Notes under the pieces: model-generated
Database searches by the model: none
Seen by the model: only the letters and a program-made list of their open reading frames with translations
What the model was told of the DNA's origin: nothing
Made by a program: the position numbers and the translations under genes
Part shown: in pieces, positions 43,283 to 55,726 of the stretch
Numbering within the stretch: position 1 is the stretch's first letter
Layout: the number at the start of each line of letters is the position of its first letter
Source of the DNA: Eledone cirrhosa
Lineage: Eukaryota
Assembly: GCA_964016885.1 (NCBI GenBank)
Contig: OZ024757.1
Span: 11,470,001 to 11,534,000, forward strand
Direction: 5' to 3'
DNA length: 64,000 bases

Positions 43283-43852
43283 ATATGGAATAGAATGAAA
43301 CGAAATTTCATTTCTCACTCTTAGTACGGCACTTAATTAAATGTAAGTATGTATGTATACGTACATACATATATGTATACAGACGTACAGTAGTATGTAT
43401 ATATATACATACATGCACACATACATATATGCACGAATCGGTTTATCGAACATTTATTATAATGCTCGGTTTGTTTGTAATATATATATATATATATGTA
43501 TATATATATTTATATATATGAAAAAGTTTGTCCTCATCAGTGGCCATCCAACCGTCGTAGGCATTTCGTCGCATTAAAGGCCATATACCTCAGGTTGGTG
43601 CGAGAAACGGCTAAAAAAAAGTCGTTGGGACACGTAAATAAAGGGGACGCTAGGGTAAACAAACAAAATGGTTTAAGCAGCAGAAAGTGATGAAGAAGGA
43701 AACAAGTCCCAGATTTCTATGAATATAAATTCGGTGGAATCGTGAACGAGAGAATAAAGACCATCAAACCTGGTTGAAATGTGAGCAAGGAAGGAATTTC
43801 GCACAGGTCTAACGGGAGGTATGTAACCCATTTGCAGCGCCGCAGCTCCATT

Positions 43853-43922
<70 letters not shown>

Positions 43923-43928
<6 letters not shown>

Positions 43929-44980
43929 ATACTTTGGGAGGGTCATGTTGCCAATAAGAAACACACGCACCAGTTGCTTTCACTTCAATTTATTATATAT
44001 TTATAATTTTACAAATTTATAAATTTATAAATTTCTGGTTGGTTGGTTGGTTCCACAACCAGATAGTTGTTTATATATAGTCATAGTCCTTTCGTCACAC
44101 ACTCTGTGACCTCTTCAAATACCCTCATGTATAGATAAGAAATGTATAACCTGTAAAATAAGCGCCCATATTAACTGTAAAACTAGAAATGTAGTGTATA
44201 GCATAAGATGTACTGAAGGACAATGTAGAAACAAAAATATAGTGTACATAGGTGAGACAGCTCGTAGTATAGGGGAACGGATAAATGAACACTGGCGAGA
44301 CCTTCAAGATAATGAAGAATCATCTGTACTCTACCAACATGCTAAGATAGAACACAAGGGTAAATTAGAGAACATAGAAATAAAAATAGAATCTACACAC
44401 AGAAAAGATGCAATGTTTAGACAAATTACAGAGGCAATAAACATAAAAGAATTACAACCAAAATTAAATAGAAAATATGAGTGGAACAGCAACATCACAA
44501 CTTACAATTAAGGACAAAATGAAAACACACACACACATAGAACAAAAAACCAACCAATAACATGTAAATAAATAAATAAATAAACAAATAGATAAATGAA
44601 CATAAACACACACAGACACCCGGATGTGGCGCATGCGCAAACTGAGCACACAACACACACACAGAAACAAAATGGCGTAGGGCAGAACAAAGGAGAGGCA
44701 CAGAAACAAAGAAAGGAATCCCCAATCACCGAAGAGGTCACAGAGTGTGTGAGGAAAGGACTATGACTATATATAAACAACTATCTGGTTGTGGAACCAA
44801 CCAACCAACCAGAAATTTATAAATTTATAAATTTGTAAATTTATAAATATATAATAAATTGAAGTGAAAGCAACTGGTGCGTGTGTTTCTTATTGGCAAC
44901 ATGACCCTCCCAAAGTATAAAAATATCGGTTTCAACACACGATTTCAGATAAAGAATCTTGCTAAACAAATTCAGAAACG

Positions 44981-44985
<5 letters not shown>
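43923..44985 (+). mobile_element. Penelope-like element (Nematis-like family 2), 5'-truncated with inverted pLTR
   Basis: GIY-YIG C-terminal ORF 44194-44511 (YIGETARS...RQITEA...LNRKYEW). 43923-44117 is inverted relative to 44730-44925; the HHR at ~44725-44767 is mutated. Confidence 0.9.
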
Positions 44986-45067
<82 letters not shown>

Positions 45068-45179
45068 TTGAAATAAAATGAAAACGAAATTTCATTTCTC
45101 ACACTTAGTATGACACTTACTTAAATGCAAGTATGTATGTATACGTACATACATATATGTATACAGACGTACAGTAGCA

Positions 45180-45255
<76 letters not shown>

Positions 45256-45404
45256 GGTACACATACATATATGCACGCATCAGTTTAGCGGACGCTTATT
45301 ATAACGCCGCTTTGTTCGTTTGTAAACAAACTGAACAGCCTGAATTTATGCCATACGGTGTTAAGGCAACCACGTCACCTTTTTGTTCAACAATGACACA
45401 GGAA

Positions 45405-45445
45405 CGATGTACTAGTTTCAAGCTTGTTAGCTATCATCAGCACCG
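45405..45445 (-). ncRNA. Minimal type I hammerhead ribozyme
   Basis: Reverse complement of the 36712 motif. Confidence 0.85.
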
Positions 45446-45594
45446 TATACCCATCTGCCAGATAGTTGAACGTTCGAAAGTATATACTTTCCTTATGAAA
45501 ATTAACGGCTGAGCAGCCTAATTTGCATATTGAGTGAGTTAAATCGGTCAGGCATACCGAAAACGATAAGTTGAAATATGGGCAGATGGGTATA

Positions 45595-45635
45595 CGGTGC
45601 TGATGATAGCTAACAAGCTTGAAACTAGTACATCG
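45595..45635 (+). ncRNA. Minimal type I hammerhead ribozyme
   Basis: cggtgctgatgatagctaacaagcttgaaactagtacatcg. Confidence 0.85.
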
Positions 45636-45784
45636 TTCCTGTGTCAGTGTTGAACAAAAAGGTGACGTGGTTGCCTTAACACCGTATGGCATACATTCAG
45701 GCTGTTCAGTTTGTTTACAAACGAACAAGGTGGCGTTATAATAAGCGTCCGCTAAACTGATGCGTGCATATATGTATGTGTACC

Positions 45785-45860
<76 letters not shown>

Positions 45861-46097
45861 TGCTACTGTACGTCTGTATACATATATGTATGTACGTATA
45901 CATACATACTTACATTTAAGTAAGTGTCATACTAAGAGTGAGAAATGAAATTTCGTTTTCATTTTATTTCAACTTATCGTTTTCGGTATGCCTGACCGAT
46001 TTAACTCACTCAATATGCAAATTAGGCTGCTCAGCCGTTAATTTTCATAAGGAAAGTATATACTTTCGAACGTTCAACTATCTGGCAGATGGGTATA

Positions 46098-46138
46098 CGG
46101 TGCTGATGATAGCTAACACGCTTGAAACTAGTACATCG
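46098..46138 (+). ncRNA. Minimal type I hammerhead ribozyme (stem II variant)
   Basis: Same motif with one A>C change in stem II. Confidence 0.8.
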
Positions 46139-46287
46139 TTCCTGTGTCAGTGTTGAACAAAAAGGTGACGAGGTTGCCTTAACACCGTATGGCATAAATT
46201 CAGGCTGTTCAGTTTGTTTACAAACGAACAAAGCGGCGTTATAATAAGCGTCCGCTAAACTGATGCGTGCATATATGTATGTGTACC

Positions 46288-46379
<92 letters not shown>

Positions 46380-46616
46380 TGCTACTGTACGTCTGTATAC
46401 ATATATGTATGTACGTATACATACATACTTACATTTAAGTAAGTGTCATACTAAGAGTGAGAAATGAAGTTTCGTTTTCATTTTATTTCAACTTATCGTT
46501 TTCGGTATGCCTGACCGATTTAACTCACTCAATATGCAAATTAGGCTGCTCAGCCGTTAATTTTCATAAGAAAAGTATATACTTTCGAACGTTCAACTAT
46601 CTGGCAGATGGGTATA

Positions 46617-46657
46617 CGGTGCTGATGATAGCTAACAAGCTTGAAACTAGTACATCG
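46617..46657 (+). ncRNA. Minimal type I hammerhead ribozyme
   Basis: Identical to the 45595 motif. Confidence 0.85.
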
Positions 46658-46804
46658 TTCCTGTGTCAGTGTTGAACAAAAAGGTGACGTGGTTGCCTAA
46701 ACACCGTATGGCATAAATTCAGGCTGTTCAGTTTGTTTACAAACGAACAAAGCGGCGTTATAATAAGCGTCCGCTAAACTGATGCGTGCATATATGTATG
46801 TGTA

Positions 46805-46860
<56 letters not shown>

Positions 46861-47097
46861 TGCTACTGTACGTCTGTATACATATATGTATGTACGTATA
46901 CATACATACTTACATTTAAGTAAGTGTCATACTAAGAGTGAGAAATGAAATTTCGTTTTCATTTTATTTCAACTTATCGTTTTCGGTATGCCTGACCGAT
47001 TTAACTCACTCAATATGCAAATTAGGCTGCTCAGCCGTTAATTTTCATAAGGAAAGTATATACTTTCAAACGTTCAACTATCTGGCAGATGGGTATA

Positions 47098-47138
47098 CGG
47101 TGCTGATGATAGCTAACAAGCTTGAAACTAGTACATCG
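47098..47138 (+). ncRNA. Minimal type I hammerhead ribozyme
   Basis: Identical to the 45595 motif. Confidence 0.85.
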
Positions 47139-47287
47139 TTCCTGTGTCAGTGTTGAACAAAAAGGTGACGTGGTTGCCTTAACACCGTATGGCATAAATT
47201 CAGGCTGTTCAGTTTGTTTACAAACGAACAAAGCGGCGTTATAATAAGCGTCCGCTAAACTGATGCGTGCATATATGTATGTGTACC

Positions 47288-47338
<51 letters not shown>

Positions 47339-47383
47339 TACTGTACGTCTGCATACATATATGTATGTACGTATACATACATA

Positions 47384-47451
<68 letters not shown>

Positions 47452-48961
47452 TTAGTTTAGCAAACAAGACCACAAATTTCAAAAGGAGGAAATATATATA
47501 TATGTATATATATATATATGGATATATATATTTGTATATCTATATGTATATATATATATATATGTATAGATATATATAATGAATAGAATGAAACGAAATT
47601 TCATTTCTCATTCTTAGTACGGCACTTACTTAAATGTAAGTATGTATGTATACGTACATACATATATGTATACAGACGTACAGTAGTATGTATATATACA
47701 TACATGCACACATATATACATGCACGTATCGGTTTACTGAACATTTATTATAATGCTCGGTTTGTTTGTTTGTAATATATATGTATATATAAAAACATTA
47801 GGAAACTTTTCTTAGAACTAGGGCTTAATATTACCTTGGAACACAATCTTAAGGTGGTCAACTTCTTAGATGTCACCTTCAACCTTAATAATGGTAATAT
47901 AGAGCCATTTCACAAACTTAATGAAAATCTCAAGTACGTTAATGTAAAGTCGAACCATCCCCATTCCATTATTAAATCTATCCCTAAAAATATATCCATA
48001 AGGATCTCCCGACTGTCGTCTAATTTGCAGACCTTCAACGAGCATGCTGAATATTATAATGACGCACTTAGAAAAGCTGGTTACTGCGAGAAAATAGAAT
48101 ATCTAGACGATAACCACATAAGTACTATGAATAAAACACATCTAAGTCGAACTAGTATTGCACCACACACATACATCAATAGGCATACTAATAGGTGCAA
48201 ACCAGAAAATAGAGTCAGACGTAGAGAGTACATATGGTATAACCCCGTGTACAATACTTCTATTAGCACTAAGATTATCTCACAATTCTATACACTAATC
48301 AATAAACACTTTACAACTTCACATAAATACTATAAAATCTTTAACTCGCGCACCATTAGACTCTCATACTCCACTGCACCTAACATAGAACAACTAATTA
48401 AAAAACTCAATTCAGCAATACTAAATAAGTACATCCCTAATGACTCAGCGCACCAGCATAGCAACATACAACGCTCTAACACGCAACTACAACCCCACCA
48501 AACTATCCAGGATTCTACTGCAAAACATAACAATAATTGTAACTGCACCAAACCAGGTACGTGCCCACTGCATAACCAGTGCCTAGCACGCAATATTGTC
48601 TACCGATGTACAATAAATTCCGGAACCAACAAATGGTATTACGTCGGATGTACCGCAACTTCTTTCAAAGCTCGCCTATACCAACATCGATCTTCGATCA
48701 GGCACGAGAAAATGCGCTCCGTAACAACCCTCGCTGATAAAGCCTGGCAGCTCGGAGGAACAATCAAGCATTCTCCCTTGATTGGCAAATTATTGCAGCT
48801 GCGCCTGCATATAAGCAAAATCATCGATTCTGCAAATTATGCAATTTGCAGATATACTGCATTTTAACGTCGGTAAACAAACTTTTGAACAGCAAAATTT
48901 AACGTTCACTATACTGTAACCATCGTTTGAAAACGACTTTTTCTTTTTTTAAATGCATATA

Positions 48962-49140
48962 ATTGTTTCTACTTTAGGCACAAGGCCAGCAACTACCCAG
49001 TGCCTCACTGGTACTTTATTTTATCGACCCCGTAAGGATGAAAGGCAAAGTCAACCTCGGCGGGATTTGAACTCAGATCGTAAAGGGACGTAACTATGCT
49101 AGAAAGCATGGCGTCCGACCCTCTACCGATACTACCAATC
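48962..49140 (-). mobile_element. tRNA-derived SINE
   Basis: actggtactttattttatcgaccccgtaaggatgaaaggcaaagtcaacctcggcgggatttgaactcag (the minus strand carries the B box gagttcaaatcc). Confidence 0.75.
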
Positions 49141-49556
49141 TAATAATGTTACCTTTTTACACCACCGTTTGCAAATTTCTGTTTTATATGTTTATACACA
49201 AGATATGGCTTTCTATAATAATAGTACTAAACACTGTTTTCTGGACCCCTTTAGAAATAACCTGCTACTATAATAGCCCCAATAACTTGTCTGTAACTCT
49301 GTACCATTTTGACCCCTTTAACTAAATTTTGTCCGAACAACACCACTAGAAGAATTTACTTCCCCCGCCAACCCTAACACGCCTCATTAAGCTAACTGCT
49401 GCCAAAACATTCTCTCCTTAGAATCTCTACTAGTCTGACAGTTTTAAATCCTAGGACTCCCTCCACCTTACTCACTTCCCTCTTCCCCTTCTCTTCCTAC
49501 CCCCTTCTTTCTCTTTTATCTAGTGTATAAAATATTTTCATATCATTCCAATACAA

Positions 49557-49673
49557 AGGTCTGACGACATGGTGTGTTTGCTTACAGTGTACCTTCGGTT
49601 TATGATAATATTTTTATATTATTCAAATAGCGAGGTATAGGTAACCCATACACTATAGGAACAATTGTTACCT
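49557..49673 (+). ncRNA. Hammerhead with extended stem II (GAAA mutated to GGAA, probably inactive)
   Basis: AGGU CUGACGA C AUGGUGUGU...(UGUACCU/AGGUAUA inner helix)...AUACACUAU A GGAA CAAUUG UU| ACCU. Confidence 0.65.
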
Positions 49674-49713
49674 AATAAATTCTTTATACCCGCATTTCCA
49701 TTTCATAAACTTC

Positions 49714-49778
<65 letters not shown>

Positions 49779-49784
49779 TATAGA

Positions 49785-51206
49785 TGTAGGAGGTGAGTTT
49801 TATTGTAGTACAATAAAGCAATGCAGATATCGGATAAGAAGCACTCTACAGTTTGTAGGACTGAAGTATACATAATATAAGATCAAAAGATGGTTAAAGG
49901 AGTTCCATGTATTTTATTATGCGCATTTCATACTTGAACAGCTCTCTATCTAAAATCTGTAATCTCTGCCTAAATGAAAAATTTACCATTATCTCTAACC
50001 TAGATTCTATAATAAATAGACGTACAGATTTGTTTTCTATCTGCCTGCATAAATTCCATAGGACTTTTCACAAAGTATACAGTTAATATTCAATTCTTTA
50101 TCAATTTAGAATCTTTTCTCAAAGGCACATATACATACACCTCTTCAAAATATACCCATCTTCCCACCTTACTTTAAAGGGCATTATACACTCTATAATA
50201 CTTGTTTACTCATTACCCTCATTCTATCTTCACCTTGTAAAATCCTTCATAACATATATTTGTTGTTTTTTTTTACGTTAGAATATTCATCCGCAATCAT
50301 TATTATTTTTTCTCTCTATCATAAATCTTTTTAATCTCAATTTCATCCTTAATTTATTATTTATTTCTCCCCATCAACGAACTCATTCTTAATACATATT
50401 AACTCTTTATTCGCATATATTATCAATTCCTTCAATATACAAACTTTAACTTCACATTATTTTTCTCAAATCCTTCTACACACAAACCTTAATAATTTTT
50501 CTCTTCGTTAATTTTGAAATTGCCACAATACTGATCAACATACCCTTTTTTGACGTTAAAATATTCATCCACAATTATTATTTTTTCTCTCTATCTTCAT
50601 ACATAAATTCCCTTCGTTAATTTTCAAATTCCTTTAATTTATACATTATCTTCCAACGGTTCTCAACCTCTCTATGTAAAACAATATATCTTTTTCTCAG
50701 TTATAAAAACTATCGCTTTCTCTCTATCACCCATCTCTCCCTCTCCACCTTCACTCTCATCTCCTCCCCCTTTTTTCATCCTTTCCACCCACCCCCCTCC
50801 CTAAATAAAATATTTTTTCCTCGTTAATTTTCAAATTCTTTTAATTTATACATTATCTTCCAACGGTTTTCAACCTCTCTATGTAAAACTATATATCTCC
50901 TCTCAGTTATAAAAACTATCTCTTTCTCTCTATCACCCATCTCTCCCTCTCATCTCGTCCCCTTTTTCATCCTTCCCCCCCCTCTCTAAATAAAATATTT
51001 TTCCCAATATCACACATCAATCTAAAACCACTTTTCATATGTTGATTTAAAACTGCACTATCCACAAGTGTTTTTTAGCCTTCATATCATGTTCTCCTGT
51101 TTTATCTGATGAAAACACAAATATTATTGCATGATGATGTTTGTTTTTGAAATGCGCATAATAAAATACATGGAACTCCTTTAACCATCTTTTGATCTTA
51201 TATTAT
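49785..51206. mobile_element. Non-coding PLE-type fold-back element
   Basis: 59-bp inverted repeat at 49872-49930 / 51148-51206; the left arm has an extra ~85 bp. Internal ~200-bp tandem duplication (50613-51003); HHR near the right end. Confidence 0.7.
51100..51166 (+). ncRNA. Type I hammerhead ribozyme
   Basis: UUUUAU CUGAUGA AAACA CAAAUAUUAUUG..UGAUGAUGUUUG UUUUU GAAA UGCGCA UA| AUAAAA: 6-bp stem I, long stem II, palindromic stem III. Confidence 0.8.
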
Positions 51207-51269
51207 ATATATATATATATATACATATACATATCTATATCTATATATGTATATGTATATATATATATA

Positions 51270-54200
51270 TAACTTTGAATAACTTTGAAATGTTTCGGCC
51301 AGTATTGGCCCAGGCCATGTCTAACTTAATAGCACCACCCGGCGAAGTCTTTCAATTCAGGATTTGGGCCACATGGACCATTCGAGAAGGGAATTACTGT
51401 TCGCGGAGACATATCCGTGTGTGGCTGGTTTGTCCGGGATTACTTGGAGGAATTTGTCCAAAGACTTCTTGAATTTTGTGTGGTCAGTTTCTGTTTTGAC
51501 GTGTCCTGGTGTGATTTTGAAGAGAGCAGGGCCAATTGAGGTGAAATAATTGTGCCGTATTGTTGTTATGAGTTGCGATTTAGATTTTTGTCTGGGACGG
51601 GTAGCACGGGGCCCAAGCCTTGGGTGTATTTTGAAGGTGATGCCAACATCATTTGGGCAGTGCTAATGAAACATTTTCCACATCATGCAGATAATATAAC
51701 GCTCACGGCGACGTTGGAGTGAGTAAAGTTTCAGCTTTTCTAGTCGACCCCAGTAGTCAACGTCTGAGATGCCATCTATCTTTTTCGTGATTGCCCTTTG
51801 GGGAGCTTCAAGTTTCATGATACTTTGTTTCCTGTGGGGAGACCACAGTGGACAACAGTATTCAAGGTGTGGTCGGGAAAAAGTGGAGAAGAGAAGGATA
51901 ATGGTGTGGGAATCTCTCGACTGGAAGGTTCTGAGGATCCAGGACACATTCTGCGGGCCATGTCAACTTTGCTGCTTATATGCGTGGCCCAGCTTATGTT
52001 GCTGTCCACGGTTACTCCCAAGTCTCTGATGTTGTTAGATGCCACGAGAGTTTCACCGGAGGGAAGGGAGTACGGGAGTTTCAGAGCATCCTCTTTTCCA
52101 AAGTGGATCAGTTCGAATTTGTCTTCGTTCAGTAACATGTTGTTCTTTTCCGCCCATTGAGTAACAGCCAGTAGGTCTGACTGAAGGCTTATCCGGTCAT
52201 CCACGCCATTGATGACCTTTTGGAGCTTGGAATCATCAGCGAAATTTCTAATGTTGCTGTGTTTGATGATGTCAGTGATGTCATTAATATAGATGATGAA
52301 GAGAAGTGGGCCCAACACAGTGCCTTGTGGGACCCCACTACTGACTTTGGCTGGGCTGGATTTGTCTCCTTCGACTACAACATGTTGGGTTCTGTTTGAG
52401 AGGAAGCTCTTGATCCACTGCAGCAGCTTTCCAGTGACACCAATATTGGACAGCTTTTTCAGTAGAATGCTGTGATCAACCCTGTCAAAGGGCTTGCTGA
52501 AATCAAGGTAGATAAGATCAGTGTTGGAACCCTCTCCCAAGGCTCTCAAAATGTCATCAAAGTGATGCAGTAGGTGCGTCAGGCAATCCCTTCCATTACG
52601 GAATCCCTGCTAGTTGGAGTTCAGCATATTGTTACTCTCAAGGAAGTGAGTCATTCGCGATCTCACCACTCTCTCAAATACCTTAATGATATGAGAGGTG
52701 AGTGAGATTGGACGGTAATTCACGGCAATGGATTTGTTTCCTTTTTTGAAAACTGGGACAACAGACTGGGATAGAAGGTTTTCTGGCACATATCCAGCAT
52801 CCAGTGAGTTCCGCCACAGATTGGCAAGAGGAGATGCAAGTTGGTGTTGACATGCCTTCAAGACAGAAGCAGGGAACCTATCGGGACCTACTGCTGAATT
52901 ATGCTTGATTTCCTTTATTGCCGCTAAGACATCAGGGGCGCCAAACGTTATGTCCGATAAGGTGTAATGGGGAGTAACATCGCCGATACAGCCCAGATCG
53001 GCCATATCAGGATTGCTGAAAACAGAGCAGTATTGTTTCTGCAGTATCTCACCCATGGTTTTAGCATTGTCTTAAAGAGTGCCATTTTCATCAATTAGAG
53101 AGCCAACAGTAGAGCCAGTGATTTTGTGTTTTTTTGCAAATGAAAAGAACACTTTGAGATTGAGTTTGATCTTCTCAATGGCCAAGGCCTCTTCAGCTCT
53201 TCTCTGATTGTTGATGATAGATATATTGTTTTGGAGGTTATGTTTTTTAATTTCTAGTGATGACATGGCAGTCAAGTTGATGTGTTGCTGCTGACGGTAT
53301 TTCAGCTTGTTGATTTTTTTGTTAGTTCTCTTAATTTTCCTGATGAGCGTTTTTCTATTTCTAGGGATTCTGCTCTTAGATTTGTTTATAGTTCTTAATG
53401 GGGTGTGTTTTGCACATATGTTTGTAACAGTGTCCACAAATGTCTGCCAGGACTTTTTGATGTTAGTGGGTGTGTGAGTGTGCGTGAAGGACCAGTCGAC
53501 ATGTGCAAGATCATGACTGATCGCTTCCCAGTTTGCATTGTAGAAATCCATAGCGTCAAACAGATGGACAGGAGAGATGACATTGGGTTTGTATATTGGA
53601 CGGTGAATCTCAGATCACAGAGAACCATGTCATGATCAGAGAGTAGAGTTTTCTCCACTGCAATATTGTGGATAGAAGTCAGTGTGATTGCTGAAAATTA
53701 AGTCTAGGACGTTTTTGTGGCACCTCATTGGTTCGAGCACCAGTTGGGACAGGAAGAAATCATCCATGAAGTCAAGAAGCGAATCCACTGCTTCCCTGTC
53801 AGAGGTTGAGGTAGAAGAACCTGGTGGCAGGCTGTTTGTGGACCAGTCAACTTCGGGGCGGTTGAAGTCCCACATCATTAAGATGTTGTCAGGGTGACAC
53901 TCTTGGATGAAACACTTTATGCTGTTGAGGCATTCCTTGAAGCATGGTAGAGGCGTTTGGGGTGGCCTATAAAGCCCAACTACTATTAGGTTGTTGGTTT
54001 GACTGAATACAGTGACTGCTTCACAGTATCCATTAGTAAATATGTTCATAGCCTCTGTTGAGAAAGAATTATGGACATAAATGGCAGTCCCACCCTTTCT
54101 TCTGCCAGTTCGATCAGCACGGATGGCTTTGAAATTTTTCACTTTCACCTCGGCTTCCAAGTGGAGGTTACTGAGAGGGGTTTCAGTGAGGACGAAGAAA

Positions 54201-54997
54201 GGGATGTGGTTTGGATGGACATCAACCCAGTCCTCCAGGAATTTGATCTTCCATTTTTGAGTATTGGTGGAAGGGCTGATGCCTTGGGCGTTAAGCAAAA
54301 ATGTTGAGGCGAGAGTGGATGGTTTTAATTGTTTTGGTGTGTTGTTAATTTGTTTGTTTGTTAATGGCAGCAATGGGAGTTTGTGCAGTGGGGTGACAGT
54401 GGAGGGTGGTGCTGGGTGATAGCTCGAATGTTTTTTTCCAGTTCTTTTGCCAGATTCATTATGGCTAAAACAGAGGATGAAGTTTCCTGTTTAGGAGACT
54501 GTTGGTGACTGTAGTAGTGGTTATTTTTATATAGGTTATGGTTTTTGTTTTTGCTTTTATTTTTATTTTTATTTTTATTTTTATTTGTCCGACGGGTCCC
54601 CGGGAAATGGGTAAAGGGACAATCCCGGTGTAAACACAATCTGTCTCGCAGGGAAAAGCGGCAGATTTGTGGATTCCTTGTTTGAGTTATTGGTGGTTGT
54701 GTTGGTGTTAAATTAGAGTATGTATTATGGTGGTGGTTGTTTGTGGGGATAGACCGTTTTGTCCTAGGTAAATGGGTGAATTTGCAGCCACTATCCGTAC
54801 ATATTCTATAGCGTAGAGAATAGCGGCAAATGATGGGGTTTCGAGTGGGTGTGTATGTGTGTGTGTGTGTTGTGAGAGGTGTAGATGATGGTTTGAGTAG
54901 GTTTTGACGACCTTTGTGGGCTCTGGGAGGGAGAGTTCTTGTACTGGTATTACAAGGTAAATTCCTTGACATAGCAGTAGGCAAAGATGTTGTTGTT

Positions 54998-55049
<52 letters not shown>

Positions 55050-55720
55050 CAGACAGAGGAGATGTTGGCAGTGGTGATGATTGGACAGCTCGGGCAGAGA
55101 AAGGAAGAGGCGTTTCCTGCTGTGAGGCAGTGGCTACTGGGAGGTCAATAGTTTCATTTAGTAGATCGGCCATTGTTGATGAATCAAGGAGTGGTTCACA
55201 CTGTTGTTGTTGTTGTCGTTGTTGTTGTTGCTGTTGTTGTTGTTGTTGTTGTTGCTGCTGTGGCTGTTGTTGCTGTTGTTGTTATAGCTGTTGTTGTTGT
55301 TGCCGTTGTTGCTGCTGTTGTTGTTGTTGTTGCTGCTGTTGCTGCTGCTGGATAGCATCCGAAGAAAAAACACACCGTTGTTTATCCAAATGTTTATTGA
55401 TTAATTTAAAAGCAACTTCGATTTGCTTTAATTTATTTTGAATCTGTTGTTCAGATCGGGTTTTCAAAAGGTGAACTGTACGTTTAGCTATGTCGTTCAG
55501 ACATGAAGCATCTATGTCTTCTGTTTGGGTAAGGCAATGCCATGTGTTTATTAGAATGTCGATTACATTATCAGACCAGTTCTGTTTGGATTTTTGCTGG
55601 TTAGCCATTCTAGTTTTGAGAGTGTGTGTTTTAGTTAAGTATTTCAATATATTTTTATTTTGTTTTTTTTTTGTTTTTCTTGTGTGTGAGTGAGAAGTGT
55701 ATATATAAATATGAGTATAT
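51270..55720 (-). mobile_element. Near full-length CR1/L2-group LINE (ORF1 plus APE-RT ORF2, disrupted)
   Basis: ORF2 pieces: LLNAQG...LTET...GLYRPP...DFN...LDL...SDH (APE), then NYRPISLTS, YLDFSKPFD, SGVPQGTVLGP, FADD, RDLGV and LYSLQRRRER. The 3' end is a (ttcaaagtta) tandem. Confidence 0.92.
54361..55608 (-). pseudogene. LINE ORF1 with Myb/SANT-like N-terminus, poly-Q/poly-T tracts and two CCCH-type fingers; one premature stop
   Basis: ORFs 55282-55914 and 54361-55173 are in the same frame, with ATG at 55608 (MANQQKSKQNWSDN...) and a TAA inside the poly-Q. Fingers are CRYSLRYRICTDSGCKFTH and CRFSLRDRLCLHRDCPFTH. Confidence 0.7.
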
Positions 55721-55726
55721 ATATAT

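Larger units (their letters stand above)
45066..47387 (+). mobile_element. Retrozyme-like array: one inverted plus ~3.6 direct ~500-bp HHR units
   Basis: Minus unit 45066-45577 and plus units 45581-47387. HHR spacing is 503, 519 and 481 bp, with the differences due to the internal (TA)n. No meaningful ORF. Confidence 0.88.
47581..49720 (+). mobile_element. Penelope-like element, Hydra-like clade, 5'-truncated
   Basis: ORF 47836-~48950: VNFLDVTFNL...SNHP...WYNPVY...CNCTKPGTC...IVY...YVGCT...KARLYQH, with a frameshift near 48755. An inverted terminus segment lies at 47581-47775 and a SINE is inserted just after the ORF. Confidence 0.88.

Noticed and set aside
43521-43545. Minus-strand CTGATGAGGAC hammerhead start
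   Set aside because: It runs into (TA)n with no stem II closure or GAAA; at most a truncated motif.
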